The notes beneath the pieces were generated by a model. That model searched no databases, was not told the origin of the DNA, and was given only the letters and a program-made list of their open reading frames with translations. A stretch of DNA of 64,000 nt. Origin: an uncultured virus (IMG/VR IMGVR_UViG_3300017970_000189). Lineage: Duplodnaviria > Heunggongvirae > Uroviricota > Caudoviricetes. Shown here piece after piece: positions 9,328-18,182 of this stretch. The position numbers and the translations under genes were made by a program. Positions within the stretch are counted from its first letter, which is position 1; every line of letters begins with the position of its first letter. Location of the stretch: the IMG/VR virus record IMGVR_UViG_3300017970_000189, one strand, 5' to 3'.

Positions 9328-10558
9328 CCCCGGTGCCCTCCGAAACTACCTGACCGGAGCTATCGAAGATGATGTAGCCTCCATCCTTTCCGGCTTCCGT
9401 AAACCCCGCATCTTCCATCGCATGGTCGACCGGATCCCCGGTGCAGCCGAAAGGACCGGCTCTCCTCAACTTCCCTTCCGTGAGAGGACCCGTGTACTCC
9501 ACCCAGTAGCTCTCCTCGTGTCCCGAGTTCGTGTTGAGCGGACCATATTTCGTATTCCTGGCCTCCGCCTCGGGATGGAACACCCCGATGTTGATGCTGC
9601 CGTCGCAATCCTCCTCGGTGGTGAAATCCCATCCGTTCGAAGGAACGACTTCATCGCCCTTCCATCCCTCCACGCGGACCCTGAAGCGCTCCTTGGCCAG
9701 GAAAACCGCCCCTTCCTCGCGGCCGACCTTCGGCCTGACCCATCCCCAGTGATGGCGCTCCACCCTGGATAGGGGAGAAACGATCACGCGCTCGAGCACC
9801 TGCCTCTTGAAGGAGTCCTTCTCGGCATCCTTCTTCAGCTTCATGGCGATCAGTTCGCAACCCTCCCCTCCCAGGCAGAACCTCTGAAAACGCCCGGAAA
9901 GCGTCCGGATACCGGCCAGGGACGGCTTGTACGGATCCTCCGGAGTGGCGCTGAACTTCGCGATCAACGGCCTTCCCAGAAGGAGAGCTAGACCCGCCAC
10001 GTACATCGGCACGCCCAGCCAGGTGATCCCGAAGACGACATCCGCGATCGCGCCGATCGCCGAAAGCGTGAATGCCGTCTTCGCCGAATCCAGTCTCGCA
10101 TCCCGCGCTGCCGAGACGCATTTCTCCAGATCGATCATCTCGAAAACGGCATGGGCTGGAACGGTCACCGTGGTCGCTCCAGCATTGATCTGGCGCTGGA
10201 TCTCGTGAACCCACGTTCCAACGTCGGACAAAGCCGTCTGCCATCGATCCGTCGGGCAATAGGAATGGAACTCGATCGGATAGTCCTGAGAGAACGAGAC
10301 CAGCGCCTCGACCACCGCGATCATGAGCTTCCCTTCCTCTGCCGTGATCAACACCGGACGTTGGCTAGCGGAAGAAGAAGAAGCTCCAGGAGAAGTCTGT
10401 CCCATCTCGATCAGCTCTTCCGCTCCGAGGCTCACCCTTCTTCTTGGGGTGCTTCGGCGCGAAAGCAGACTCTGAGCTCCGGCCAGACCGAAATCCGGCC
10501 TGAGACGAACCGCTCCCAGCATCCCGCTGGGTCTCGGACGCATGCCCAGTTGCATCAT
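9320..10558 (-). CDS. Membrane protein with Arg-rich leader and several LG motifs
   Basis: Start moved to ATG-ATG at 10558 (uncertain). Central hydrophobic hairpin; SLGAEELIEMGQ shared with 61983..62663. Confidence 0.7.
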   Translation of the reverse strand: MMQLGMRPRPSGMLGAVRLRPDFGLAGAQSLLSRRSTPRRRVSLGAEELIEMGQTSPGASSSSASQRPVLITAEEGKLMIAVVEALVSFSQDYPIEFHSYCPTDRWQTALSDVGTWVHEIQRQINAGATTVTVPAHAVFEMIDLEKCVSAARDARLDSAKTAFTLSAIGAIADVVFGITWLGVPMYVAGLALLLGRPLIAKFSATPEDPYKPSLAGIRTLSGRFQRFCLGGEGCELIAMKLKKDAEKDSFKRQVLERVIVSPLSRVERHHWGWVRPKVGREEGAVFLAKERFRVRVEGWKGDEVVPSNGWDFTTEEDCDGSINIGVFHPEAEARNTKYGPLNTNSGHEESYWVEYTGPLTEGKLRRAGPFGCTGDPVDHAMEDAGFTEAGKDGGYIIFDSSGQVVSEGTGDE

Positions 10559-10640
10559 TCCCGAATCCGAGGATCGGAACGAAAAAACAGTCTTTCCCCG
10601 GAGAGACGCGCGAACGCCTCTCCGGGGACCTTCGCGCGAT

Positions 10641-10949
10641 CTACCTGTAGCGCTTCTGGCGATGCACGCCGTGCGCACGATAGGTCGTGGAGACCGGGAA
10701 CTCGAACGGCCAGCCGCCGCCGTTGCCCTCATAGGGCGGCCGACGGCCGCTGCGATCCTTGGGGCGCCAGGGATAGTCGTCCAAGGCATACACCACCTCG
10801 GCCACCTTGGTCGTGACGCCGCCCGGCAGCGGCTGAGGCGCCTGCAGGAAGCCTCCGCCGAACTGCATGGAGGGGGTGTCCGACTTGCCGTCGTGGCCGG
10901 TCATGTAGCCGCCCCCGAAGGACCCGTACTGCCCTGAGAAGACGCTCAT
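10641..10949 (-). CDS. Small Gly/Pro/aromatic-rich protein
   Basis: GGAGG RBS; basic C-terminus. Confidence 0.7.
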   Translation of the reverse strand: MSVFSGQYGSFGGGYMTGHDGKSDTPSMQFGGGFLQAPQPLPGGVTTKVAEVVYALDDYPWRPKDRSGRRPPYEGNGGGWPFEFPVSTTYRAHGVHRQKRYR

Positions 10950-10967
10950 GTGAGCCTCCCAAAAAAA

Positions 10968-12002
10968 CTAAAACCAAGCATTACCGAAATAGTTCTCACC
11001 GTTGTCCACCAGGTCCCCGGGAGCGACACACGGCGATCCCGGAGAGGACCGGAAATATCCCGGCGGGCAAGGGCCATCCGGGTGGTACCAAACATCATGC
11101 CCTTCTGCCGCCCGTCCATGCGGAGTCGCTCCCAGATTCCGAACCGGATAGGACCGTCCCAAGGTCGGTCGCCCAAGACCCATCCCTTGATTCATGGCCC
11201 GACGGCCAAGAACGCCGTCGATCGGATAGACGTTCTGGACCACCGTCATTCCTTCCCCCGGATAGGCGCAAGTCGGCCCATATCCTCCCGGTCCGCAGGG
11301 AATGCTATTTCCATAATTCGGTCCGCTCCTAGGCGAAGGAACTCCCGGCACTAGACCATGCCCGCCGCCAAAACCGCCTCCGCCGGGCGCACCGGCCACC
11401 ACTCCAACGGCATCGATCTGTTCGGTGATGACGCTCGTCGGGAACGGGCAGCTCGGATCGTATCGGGGATCGCAATCCGGCCAGCGGAGCCGTTCGTTTC
11501 CATATTTCGCCCAATGGACACCTTGAGGTGCCGGCCCTGGAGGTTCCACAGATCCCATTTCGCTCGTCACCATCGTCATCTTGGGAGGACAATTTCCCTG
11601 TTTGGGATCGCAGTAGATGTACCCTCCGGTGCCGTTATCCCAAAATGCCGGGCCCCCGTTATATGGAGTCATCCGGCCGCTCGGGGTCGCCTGTCCCAAG
11701 AGACGCACCTGGCCAAGACGCGGCCCACCCAGCTCCTCCAGGCTTTCCGGCGGACAAGTCCAGATGTTCGTCACCTCGACCTCATCTTTCGTCCCGCGGT
11801 AGAGGATCGTTCCGGTACCCTCCCGAACGATGATCCAACCTTCATCCTGAAATTTCTTCTCCGTTCGATCAAAGAGCGTCTCCCCGTCCGCCTTGTGCGA
11901 CAGCGTTCCGATCAGGACGCATCCTGGACGAAACTGCCCAAGACTCGGCTTTCGCGGAGCATGGCCGAGCTCGAACGGAGTCGCCGTAAACAAAGTCCTC
12001 AT
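10968..12002 (-). CDS. Gly/Pro/Cys-rich putative virion polyprotein with multiple LGQ/LGR motifs
   Basis: PSLGQ, PRLGQ, RLLGQ, GLGR, TLGR and NLGA separate small Cys-paired modules. Confidence 0.75.
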   Translation of the reverse strand: MRTLFTATPFELGHAPRKPSLGQFRPGCVLIGTLSHKADGETLFDRTEKKFQDEGWIIVREGTGTILYRGTKDEVEVTNIWTCPPESLEELGGPRLGQVRLLGQATPSGRMTPYNGGPAFWDNGTGGYIYCDPKQGNCPPKMTMVTSEMGSVEPPGPAPQGVHWAKYGNERLRWPDCDPRYDPSCPFPTSVITEQIDAVGVVAGAPGGGGFGGGHGLVPGVPSPRSGPNYGNSIPCGPGGYGPTCAYPGEGMTVVQNVYPIDGVLGRRAMNQGMGLGRPTLGRSYPVRNLGATPHGRAAEGHDVWYHPDGPCPPGYFRSSPGSPCVAPGDLVDNGENYFGNAWF

Positions 12003-12004
12003 CG

Positions 12005-12379
12005 TTACACGCAGCTCTTCGAAGCCTCGGAATGGATCTTATTCACCTGCCCACTCAGACCGCGAATCCTGGCCAGCATTTCTCCCGCCGCCTTTTTGGA
12101 AATATGCTTTCCAGGCTTGAGTTCCTTGATCAACCCCAGGACACCGTTCTTAAACGACTGGAAGCCTTTCTTCCCTTCCGGGATCAAGGTCTCAGCTTCC
12201 GGAATCGTCTCTCTCACTGTCGTCAGACCTGTGGAAATCCCGGAGGCGTCCCCCTTCATGAGCGAATTCCCGGCATAAGCAAGACCGCAATTCAAGGTCA
12301 TGAGAGTCCCCCCGATGCGCAGGCATCTCCCGGGAAGACCCTCACTTTTCTTCAAGATGATCTTGCCTTTAGCCTTCAT
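12005..12379 (-). CDS. Small basic protein
   Basis: Lys-rich 124 aa ORF adjoining the upstream stop. Confidence 0.7.
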   Translation of the reverse strand: MKAKGKIILKKSEGLPGRCLRIGGTLMTLNCGLAYAGNSLMKGDASGISTGLTTVRETIPEAETLIPEGKKGFQSFKNGVLGLIKELKPGKHISKKAAGEMLARIRGLSGQVNKIHSEASKSCV

Positions 12380-12823
12380 CTACTTCTTCTTTCCCTTCAG
12401 ATGGCAGAATCCCTGGCTGACCAACCACTTCCGATCCGCTTCCGCAGTCCGCGAAGTGGATGGAGAGGTGTTCTCCGTGATATTCCGGAGCTGGAGAAGC
12501 TTGTGCTGGACCACCAGACAGTCGTTGTGCTCGCGTTTCAACTCCTTCTTGATCGCCCCATGACGGGTCTGAACCGGATCCTCATGATGCCACCCGGCGA
12601 TGAACTTCCCCTTCGCCGGGAATTTCGCCCACCGCCTCGAAGCAGGCACCTTTCCGGGAAGCCCGACATCCCGGATGCAGCCGCCCGGAACATGAGCTGT
12701 CTTGACGTGCTCCCCGTCCTTCCGGGTATATCCCTTTCGAGTGTAGCCCTCGCGGAAGATCTGGCCGGCCGGGCACTTCCTACCCAGTTCCACCAGATTC
12801 TTGGCTCCCATCTTCACGCGCAT
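12380..12823 (-). CDS. Basic protein resembling giant-virus DUF5771-type proteins
   Basis: CPxGQIxRxGYTRK...VPxxCIxDxGLPGK...RHxAI...KLxxLRNxxxNxxP...DRxW; resemblance recalled from memory. Confidence 0.55.
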   Translation of the reverse strand: MRVKMGAKNLVELGRKCPAGQIFREGYTRKGYTRKDGEHVKTAHVPGGCIRDVGLPGKVPASRRWAKFPAKGKFIAGWHHEDPVQTRHGAIKKELKREHNDCLVVQHKLLQLRNITENTSPSTSRTAEADRKWLVSQGFCHLKGKKK

Positions 12824-12835
12824 CGTCCAGTCCTC

Positions 12836-13096
12836 CTACCGGCTCTTCTTTCTGCCCTTGAGCAGATTTCCATCCCCGATCTCGACCACGGCATCCGGAT
12901 GTCTCCGGAGCCCGACCGCCAGATACTTGAGCGGGCAGGTCACCATCTCGACTTCCGGATCTCCCTTCAGCTTCCGCGTGCTCACCCTGCCGGATAGGCC
13001 GACCACGGCGCAGCGATCGTCGCCGACCTTCTTCTTGACGGTCTTCCCCTGGATGAAGCAACCGCCCACCGAGACTTCATGCACGCGGATTTTCAT
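12836..13096 (-). CDS. Small basic protein
   Basis: GAGGG RBS; Lys/Arg/Val-rich. Confidence 0.7.
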   Translation of the reverse strand: MKIRVHEVSVGGCFIQGKTVKKKVGDDRCAVVGLSGRVSTRKLKGDPEVEMVTCPLKYLAVGLRRHPDAVVEIGDGNLLKGRKKSR

Positions 13097-13105
13097 AGGT
13101 CCCTC

Positions 13106-13543
13106 TTAAGCATTCATCTCGGACAGGTCATGAAGCGCCTTGACGCCCATGGCAGCCGCAAGAACCCACCAGAACGTCACCCAGGTCGTCCCTGGGCATT
13201 TCGCCATCGCCTCGCTCAAAGAAAGGCCGCCACCATAGACATCCACCAACCTTCCTTCATCATTCCTTTTGTGGCCGACGACCTCATTCTTTGGAGAAGT
13301 GTTCCAACGTAGGCAAACGTTCCGCTGTCTCCCTAACCCGTAAGCAAGGTAGCCGCCGGCAACGGCTGCTATAAAAGATGTTCCGAAGGCTATCACCGGG
13401 CTGCGCCAGAAGCTCTCCGCTGCAGAAATTGGCGCAGCAGTATCTCCCAAACTTGGCCGCACCGCCTGATAAGGAAGCGCTGGAGGAACATAGGGAGCAG
13501 GGCTCCATCTCTGAGCGCCATTCCCATTTCCTGGTGTCAACAT
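13106..13543 (-). CDS. Two-TM membrane protein, paralogue of 13561..13884
   Basis: TTG start with GGAGG RBS; RPSLGD motif; two hydrophobic helices. Confidence 0.7.
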   Translation of the reverse strand: MLTPGNGNGAQRWSPAPYVPPALPYQAVRPSLGDTAAPISAAESFWRSPVIAFGTSFIAAVAGGYLAYGLGRQRNVCLRWNTSPKNEVVGHKRNDEGRLVDVYGGGLSLSEAMAKCPGTTWVTFWWVLAAAMGVKALHDLSEMNA

Positions 13544-13560
13544 ATCTTATCCTCCGCTTT

Positions 13561-13884
13561 TTACCTGCCGCCAAGCCTGTTAATATCCACTATCGCCTTT
13601 AGAAAAAATACCGCAGTAAACGACCAGAAAACATTGCTCCAAGCACTCTTAGCCTGACTGAAGTAATATGCCAGCATCCCCATCGATGTCCCAGCCGCAA
13701 CGTCGGTCACGAGTGCGACAAAAGGACTGTCAATGATGGAGAGCTTCCCCGAAGCACTTGTTTGTCCCAACTCTGAATGAATCCAGGATTGGCCCAACCC
13801 CGGATTCACGATCCGAGGAGAGGCATAGAGCGGAGTCCAGCGGGGAGTGGTCATCCCCACCACCGGCACGACGATAGGCTGCAT
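13561..13884 (-). CDS. Two-TM membrane protein
   Basis: GGAGG RBS before ATG 13884; PGLGQ and SELGQ motifs. Confidence 0.75.
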   Translation of the reverse strand: MQPIVVPVVGMTTPRWTPLYASPRIVNPGLGQSWIHSELGQTSASGKLSIIDSPFVALVTDVAAGTSMGMLAYYFSQAKSAWSNVFWSFTAVFFLKAIVDINRLGGR

Positions 13885-13895
13885 AATTCCTCCGA

Positions 13896-14234
13896 TCAAT
13901 GACCGCCCCGGGTCCTCGGCTTCTCTCCGGTCTTGATGCCCTTTTGTCTCGCGATCTTTTCCCCGAGCTCCCAGACCTTGTAGTTCAGGCAGTCGGTCAG
14001 CGAATCCGCCGGAACCTGCTCCAGACCGCCCAATTTTTCCGGACCCTTGAAGAAAAACTTCCCTTTATGCTTCACCACGGTCACTTCAGCGTTCACCGCG
14101 CCGCCAAGCTTGGCCACCAGGACATCTGGAGCATTGGCCGGCTTCGAACACGCCGTCCGGGTCGTCTTGATCTTGATCGGCCCCTCCGGTCGGATGAGCG
14201 CGCTCCACTTGCACTTGCACATCTTCATCTTCAT
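13896..14234 (-). CDS. Small basic, Cys-containing protein
   Basis: ATGA overlap with the upstream gene; Lys-rich. Confidence 0.7.
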   Translation of the reverse strand: MKMKMCKCKWSALIRPEGPIKIKTTRTACSKPANAPDVLVAKLGGAVNAEVTVVKHKGKFFFKGPEKLGGLEQVPADSLTDCLNYKVWELGEKIARQKGIKTGEKPRTRGGH

Positions 14235-14539
14235 CGTGGGCCCCCGATGATCTCGACCGTGTCCTCGTAATTCTTCCTGGCCAAGTCGAATCCCTGCTTC
14301 GCCTCCTCATATGCCCGGTTTGCCCTGGCCTCTCCGATCGCTGCGGCCAGATCCTGGTACGAATCGTGGACCTTCTGGACGTAGGTCTTCGCCTTTTCCA
14401 GCTCCTTTGCCGCTTCATTGATCGCTTCGCTCGAGCGGACACCCAGGAAAGGGACCGGATTACCGAGACTCTTCTTGGGAGAGGGCCGATTCACGAAGCC
14501 CCACCCAAAAGCCCGGGTATCCACCACCGGAAAACGCAT
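14231..14539 (-). CDS. Small coiled-coil protein with LG leader
   Basis: MRFPVVD...KSLGNPVPFLGV followed by an amphipathic helical region. Confidence 0.7.
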   Translation of the reverse strand: MRFPVVDTRAFGWGFVNRPSPKKSLGNPVPFLGVRSSEAINEAAKELEKAKTYVQKVHDSYQDLAAAIGEARANRAYEEAKQGFDLARKNYEDTVEIIGGPR

Positions 14540-14546
14540 CACGCAC

Positions 14547-15053
14547 CTACAAACTGACCGCCAGAATCGTTCCCACGACCGCCGCTCCCAGGACCACATA
14601 GGCCCACGGGTCCGGCATATTCTGAGCCTTGATCGAACAGGCCAGGATCTTGTCCATGAGATCCAGGTCGTCCGAACTGACCGGGAAGGTATTCCCTTCC
14701 TTGGCCGTAGACAAAAAGTTGTCCAGCCTGCTCTTCAGATCCGCCAACTTCGTGAAAGAATCCTGAGTGATCCCCGGGCACCCCTTCGACTTGAAGAGAA
14801 ACTCAGCAGCCGGCTGCGCCGCGATGATCGCGTCTCTCAGCGTACCGGCATCGGCGATCGAAAGCGGCGCATGGCCCGCTGGAGCCGCGGGCGCCTGCTT
14901 CAGGCTCTTCCGGGACGGTTCCCCCATCTTCGCATAGACCGTGGGCCGGGGGGACGAATGGCTGCCATCGGTCCCCATGAAGTTGAGGGAGCGCGCTTCC
15001 GGCACCGGAACCGCGCGACTGTACCCTCGGCTCGAATTCCTGGTCTGCTCCAT
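14547..15053 (-). CDS. Protein with C-terminal TM anchor
   Basis: ATG 15053 with purine-rich RBS; hydrophobic C-terminus. Confidence 0.7.
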   Translation of the reverse strand: MEQTRNSSRGYSRAVPVPEARSLNFMGTDGSHSSPRPTVYAKMGEPSRKSLKQAPAAPAGHAPLSIADAGTLRDAIIAAQPAAEFLFKSKGCPGITQDSFTKLADLKSRLDNFLSTAKEGNTFPVSSDDLDLMDKILACSIKAQNMPDPWAYVVLGAAVVGTILAVSL

Positions 15054-15206
15054 GTTCTCTTCCCCCAGCTTCCGAGTTGGAGCTGGGGCCGGCCTTTCAT
15101 TCAGCTTTCTGGGATCGGATATCCTGCTTGTAGATGCGGACCGCATCTCTACGGGCAGTCCTCAACCCAAGCTATGGTTATGCCGCTCGCCGCAGTTCAT
15201 CTATCC

Positions 15207-15623
15207 TCACAGGATCTGTTTGACCATTCCGATCACGTTGGCCGCCGTCGCGGCCAGTCCCAAAAACTGTCCGATCCTGGCTATCGGTCCTTCTGCCGAT
15301 TCCAGTGCCGCCTGTTTCTGCGCGACCTTGGACGAAGCCATCGCGAGCACCCCTTCCAGCCGAGAAATGGCCTCGACATCGCCGGCCGCCAGGACCACAG
15401 GCTTTCCGGCCCGGCCGGCCGCATCGGCGGCTTCGTAGACCCTTCCGGTCGCGCCGCTCGAAAGGATCGTCCGGGCTTCCAGAGATCCGATCTCGATCCC
15501 GCAATCCGATGCAAGGAACGGCTCCCTTTCTCCAAAGAGAGCAAGCTCGCGTCCGGCCAGATGCACCTGTTTGGCCTTTTCAGCCAGCACGCGCGCCATC
15601 TCGGGACTGAAGGAAACGTTCAT
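15207..15623 (-). CDS. Hypothetical Ala-rich protein with amphipathic C-terminus
   Basis: AAGGTGG RBS; 138 aa. Confidence 0.7.
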   Translation of the reverse strand: MNVSFSPEMARVLAEKAKQVHLAGRELALFGEREPFLASDCGIEIGSLEARTILSSGATGRVYEAADAAGRAGKPVVLAAGDVEAISRLEGVLAMASSKVAQKQAALESAEGPIARIGQFLGLAATAANVIGMVKQIL

Positions 15624-15631
15624 AATCCACC

Positions 15632-16102
15632 TTAGACCGGCGGCTTTTCCGAAACCCCCAGGATCCTCGTTCCGACCGGGAACACCGCATCGAACTCGGC
15701 CACGTACTCACGTCCATCACGCCCCAGCCCCTTGACCGCGATCACATGGACTTCCTCTCCGGCACCCAGGAAGGCATGCTGCTGCTGCTGAGGAGCCTGA
15801 GGCTGTGCCTGCGGATACTGCTGAGCCGGCACCTGCTGAGGCGCCTGAGGCTGCTGCCCGGCCAGCGCCACCGGCTGCGCGCCGCGCGGGGTGTTCGCCG
15901 CCCCGATCTGCGCCTGCCCAGAAGGAGGAGGAGCCTGATGCTCCTGGATCCCCTGCGGCTGCTGGGTGAAGGCCGGAGCCATCGGCACCGTCCCCTGCCC
16001 CTGAAGCGAGCCCCCGCTGAGCTGGGGTCTCTGTCCCACGAGGCTCACCTGCTTCGCCCCCTGCGGGTTGAAGCTGTTGCCTCCGAAGTTTCCGTTCGCC
16101 AT
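15632..16102 (-). CDS. Gln/Pro/Gly-rich protein with short beta-rich C-terminal domain
   Basis: GGAGG RBS at ATG 16102; low-complexity region ends at AFLGA. Confidence 0.75.
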   Translation of the reverse strand: MANGNFGGNSFNPQGAKQVSLVGQRPQLSGGSLQGQGTVPMAPAFTQQPQGIQEHQAPPPSGQAQIGAANTPRGAQPVALAGQQPQAPQQVPAQQYPQAQPQAPQQQQHAFLGAGEEVHVIAVKGLGRDGREYVAEFDAVFPVGTRILGVSEKPPV

Positions 16103-16239
16103 TTTGTTGCCTCCGCTTTCCTTTCCAAATACGACCCGACCCGAGGTCCGGGGGCCCCGCCCGCGGTGGACATCTCCGCAGGCCGAGTCCGTCAGCCGAG
16201 GTCCCGGCCACCAGGCCGGGGCCCCCATGCCCCAGGGAA

Positions 16240-16353
16240 CTACTTCCTCTTCCCCGCCAGCGACGGGCGCCAGCATCCGCTCTTTCCCGAACGGCGCCGC
16301 GATCCCTTCTTGCAGTGCCCCTTGGAGTGCGCCTTTACTTTGACCAGTGCCAT
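16240..16353 (-). CDS. 37 aa highly basic peptide (MALVKVKAHSKGHCKKGSRRRSGKSGCWRPSLAGKRK)
   Basis: Below ORF-track cut-off; translated by hand. GAGGGGAG RBS; fills the intergenic gap. Confidence 0.6.
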   Translation of the reverse strand: MALVKVKAHSKGHCKKGSRRRSGKSGCWRPSLAGKRK

Positions 16354-16377
16354 GGCTCTCCCCTCAAAAATGGGTTG

Positions 16378-16899
16378 TCAATCCCCCTTCAACACGAAGG
16401 GGACGACCAGGAGACTGAGAACACTCACAATCCCCAGGCCGATCCCCGTCGGAGTAAACAAGCCTCCCACCTTTACTTGACCCGGCTGGTTCGGATTCCG
16501 GATCGGAGGAAACGAAGCTTCCGCCTTCTCCACCTTCGCCTGAAGCTGATCATTGATCTGTTCCAGGCTCTGCACCCGCTGCATCCCTACCGGCGTGCTG
16601 TTGGCGACCGATGGATTCTTCAGGTCCTCGCCCACCATCTGGCGCCGCTCGGCCGGTGTTCCCGGAATCGACGCATCCGAAATCCAGGAGAGAAGGTCGT
16701 TCCGCGTCGGTGTATCGCTGATCTCCGAAATCCGATTGAGAAGATCGTCATATTTCGCTACCGCTGCCGATGCCCGCGCAATGTAGCTCGAGTTGTCCTG
16801 CTGCCCAAGCGCAGGAGCCGGACCCGTTGGCAGTGCGCTAAACACCGATCCCGCCATCGGAACCACCCTCAGCCTCGGACCTTGCATCCAGTTCATCAT
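16378..16899 (-). CDS. Helical protein with C-terminal TM anchor
   Basis: PALGQQ motif, helical body, hydrophobic C-terminus. Confidence 0.8.
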   Translation of the reverse strand: MMNWMQGPRLRVVPMAGSVFSALPTGPAPALGQQDNSSYIARASAAVAKYDDLLNRISEISDTPTRNDLLSWISDASIPGTPAERRQMVGEDLKNPSVANSTPVGMQRVQSLEQINDQLQAKVEKAEASFPPIRNPNQPGQVKVGGLFTPTGIGLGIVSVLSLLVVPFVLKGD

Positions 16900-16902
16900 G
16901 TC

Positions 16903-17337
16903 TCAGCTCAGTTGCGTGTAGGCGTAAATCAGAGCTGCCACACCCGCCAAACCCAGCACTACCGCCATCGCGGGGAATCCCGATTCCGGCGGCGTGTAGG
17001 GCATGGGAGTTCCGGAAGACGTCGCGGTCGGAAGAGGAGTCTTCCCCTTCACCGCAAGCTGAAGCTTCGTGTACAGGTCGTAAAGGCACTGTCCTCCAGT
17101 CGCCATGCCCACGAGTCCACCCTTATTGAGAAGATTCTGGCAATTCTGGTACTCCGTCTGGTACGGACCCAGCGCCTGCGGAGGCACTTCGCTCAGCATG
17201 CTCTCGATCCCTTGAGACAGATCTCCCGGACTGCTCGGAGCTTGACCCAGATTTCCGAGCGCCGGATAGACCGGTGGCGGAGAAAAATTCCCAAATGCCA
17301 GGTGCCCGAACGGGGCGACCGTGAACATGGTTTTCAT
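16903..17337 (-). CDS. Protein with C-terminal TM anchor
   Basis: AAAGGA RBS at ATG 17337; PALGNLGQA; C-terminal TM. Confidence 0.8.
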   Translation of the reverse strand: MKTMFTVAPFGHLAFGNFSPPPVYPALGNLGQAPSSPGDLSQGIESMLSEVPPQALGPYQTEYQNCQNLLNKGGLVGMATGGQCLYDLYTKLQLAVKGKTPLPTATSSGTPMPYTPPESGFPAMAVVLGLAGVAALIYAYTQLS

Positions 17338-17347
17338 GAATCCTTTC

Positions 17348-17794
17348 CTAGACGACAAATGCCGCCACCAGCGTCGCCAGAGCCACTCCAGCGGCGGCAA
17401 TCGGGAATTTTCCACCTTCAGCAGCAGCCGGAGCTTGAGCCGCTGGCGAAGGTGCGCCACTGGGCACAGGCTGACCACCGGCCGGAACTTCAGGCTGACT
17501 TCCCGCAGCCGCAGTTACTTCCTCCACGTCTTCCCTGGACAGAACCGTTCCTTCGGACACGTATCCCACTCCTCCGCCCGCCTGAGCGGACCTCGGCAAC
17601 ACCACCTTCTTGGACCTCGGAACCAGGCCTCCCCACCCATCCCCCCACTCCATTCCTCTGGGAGGATAAGATTGGGCATAGGTCACCGGACCCAGTCCAT
17701 CCCATCCCCCTCCGAACTCCATACCGCTGGGAGGAGGATAGGCGGTATAGGCCACCTGGCCTAACCTGACCTGATTTCCTATCCTAAAAATCAT
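17348..17794 (-). CDS. Protein with C-terminal TM anchor
   Basis: QVRLGQV; repeated YPPxxGMExGxGWxGL; ATGA overlap. Confidence 0.75.
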   Translation of the reverse strand: MIFRIGNQVRLGQVAYTAYPPPSGMEFGGGWDGLGPVTYAQSYPPRGMEWGDGWGGLVPRSKKVVLPRSAQAGGGVGYVSEGTVLSREDVEEVTAAAGSQPEVPAGGQPVPSGAPSPAAQAPAAAEGGKFPIAAAGVALATLVAAFVV

Positions 17795-18171
17795 TTTTTC
17801 TTCCTCGTCCTACCGCCGCTGAACATCCCATCGATATCGCTCTTGGTGAAAGCCACCAAGGCGACGCCTCCCAAGACGATGAGTCCGGATCCCACGATCG
17901 TCCAAATCGGAATCTGGCGTCCGGCGATGGTGACGGTCCCTCCAGGGGAGGAGGGCGCCGGAACCACGGGAACCGGAGTCGGCGCGACGACCGGCACTGG
18001 TTGTCCGCTCCCCTGAGGCAAGGGCGTCGGCCCTCCTGCCGCCCCAGATCCAAAGGGCAGAGGCGAAGGAGCCGCCGGAGGAGGAGGAGTGATCGGTTGG
18101 ATCACCGCATCCTGCCCCAGAATGCTCGCGCGCCCGAGCTTCGAGCTGTACGACCCGTGATACGTAATCAT
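17791..18171 (-). CDS. Pro-rich protein with C-terminal TM anchor
   Basis: SILGQD; TM followed by a basic tail. Confidence 0.75.
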   Translation of the reverse strand: MITYHGSYSSKLGRASILGQDAVIQPITPPPPAAPSPLPFGSGAAGGPTPLPQGSGQPVPVVAPTPVPVVPAPSSPGGTVTIAGRQIPIWTIVGSGLIVLGGVALVAFTKSDIDGMFSGGRTRKKK

Positions 18172-18182
18172 CTTCCGATCCC

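Noticed and set aside
14547..15623. Paralogy among 9320, 14547 and 15207 proteins
   Set aside because: Only a vague helical/Cys pattern by eye; needs profile-profile comparison.
16110..16235. Structured ncRNA in the GC-rich gap
   Set aside because: Short hairpins such as CCCGGCC-ACCA-GGCCGGG are expected at this GC content; no family recognised.
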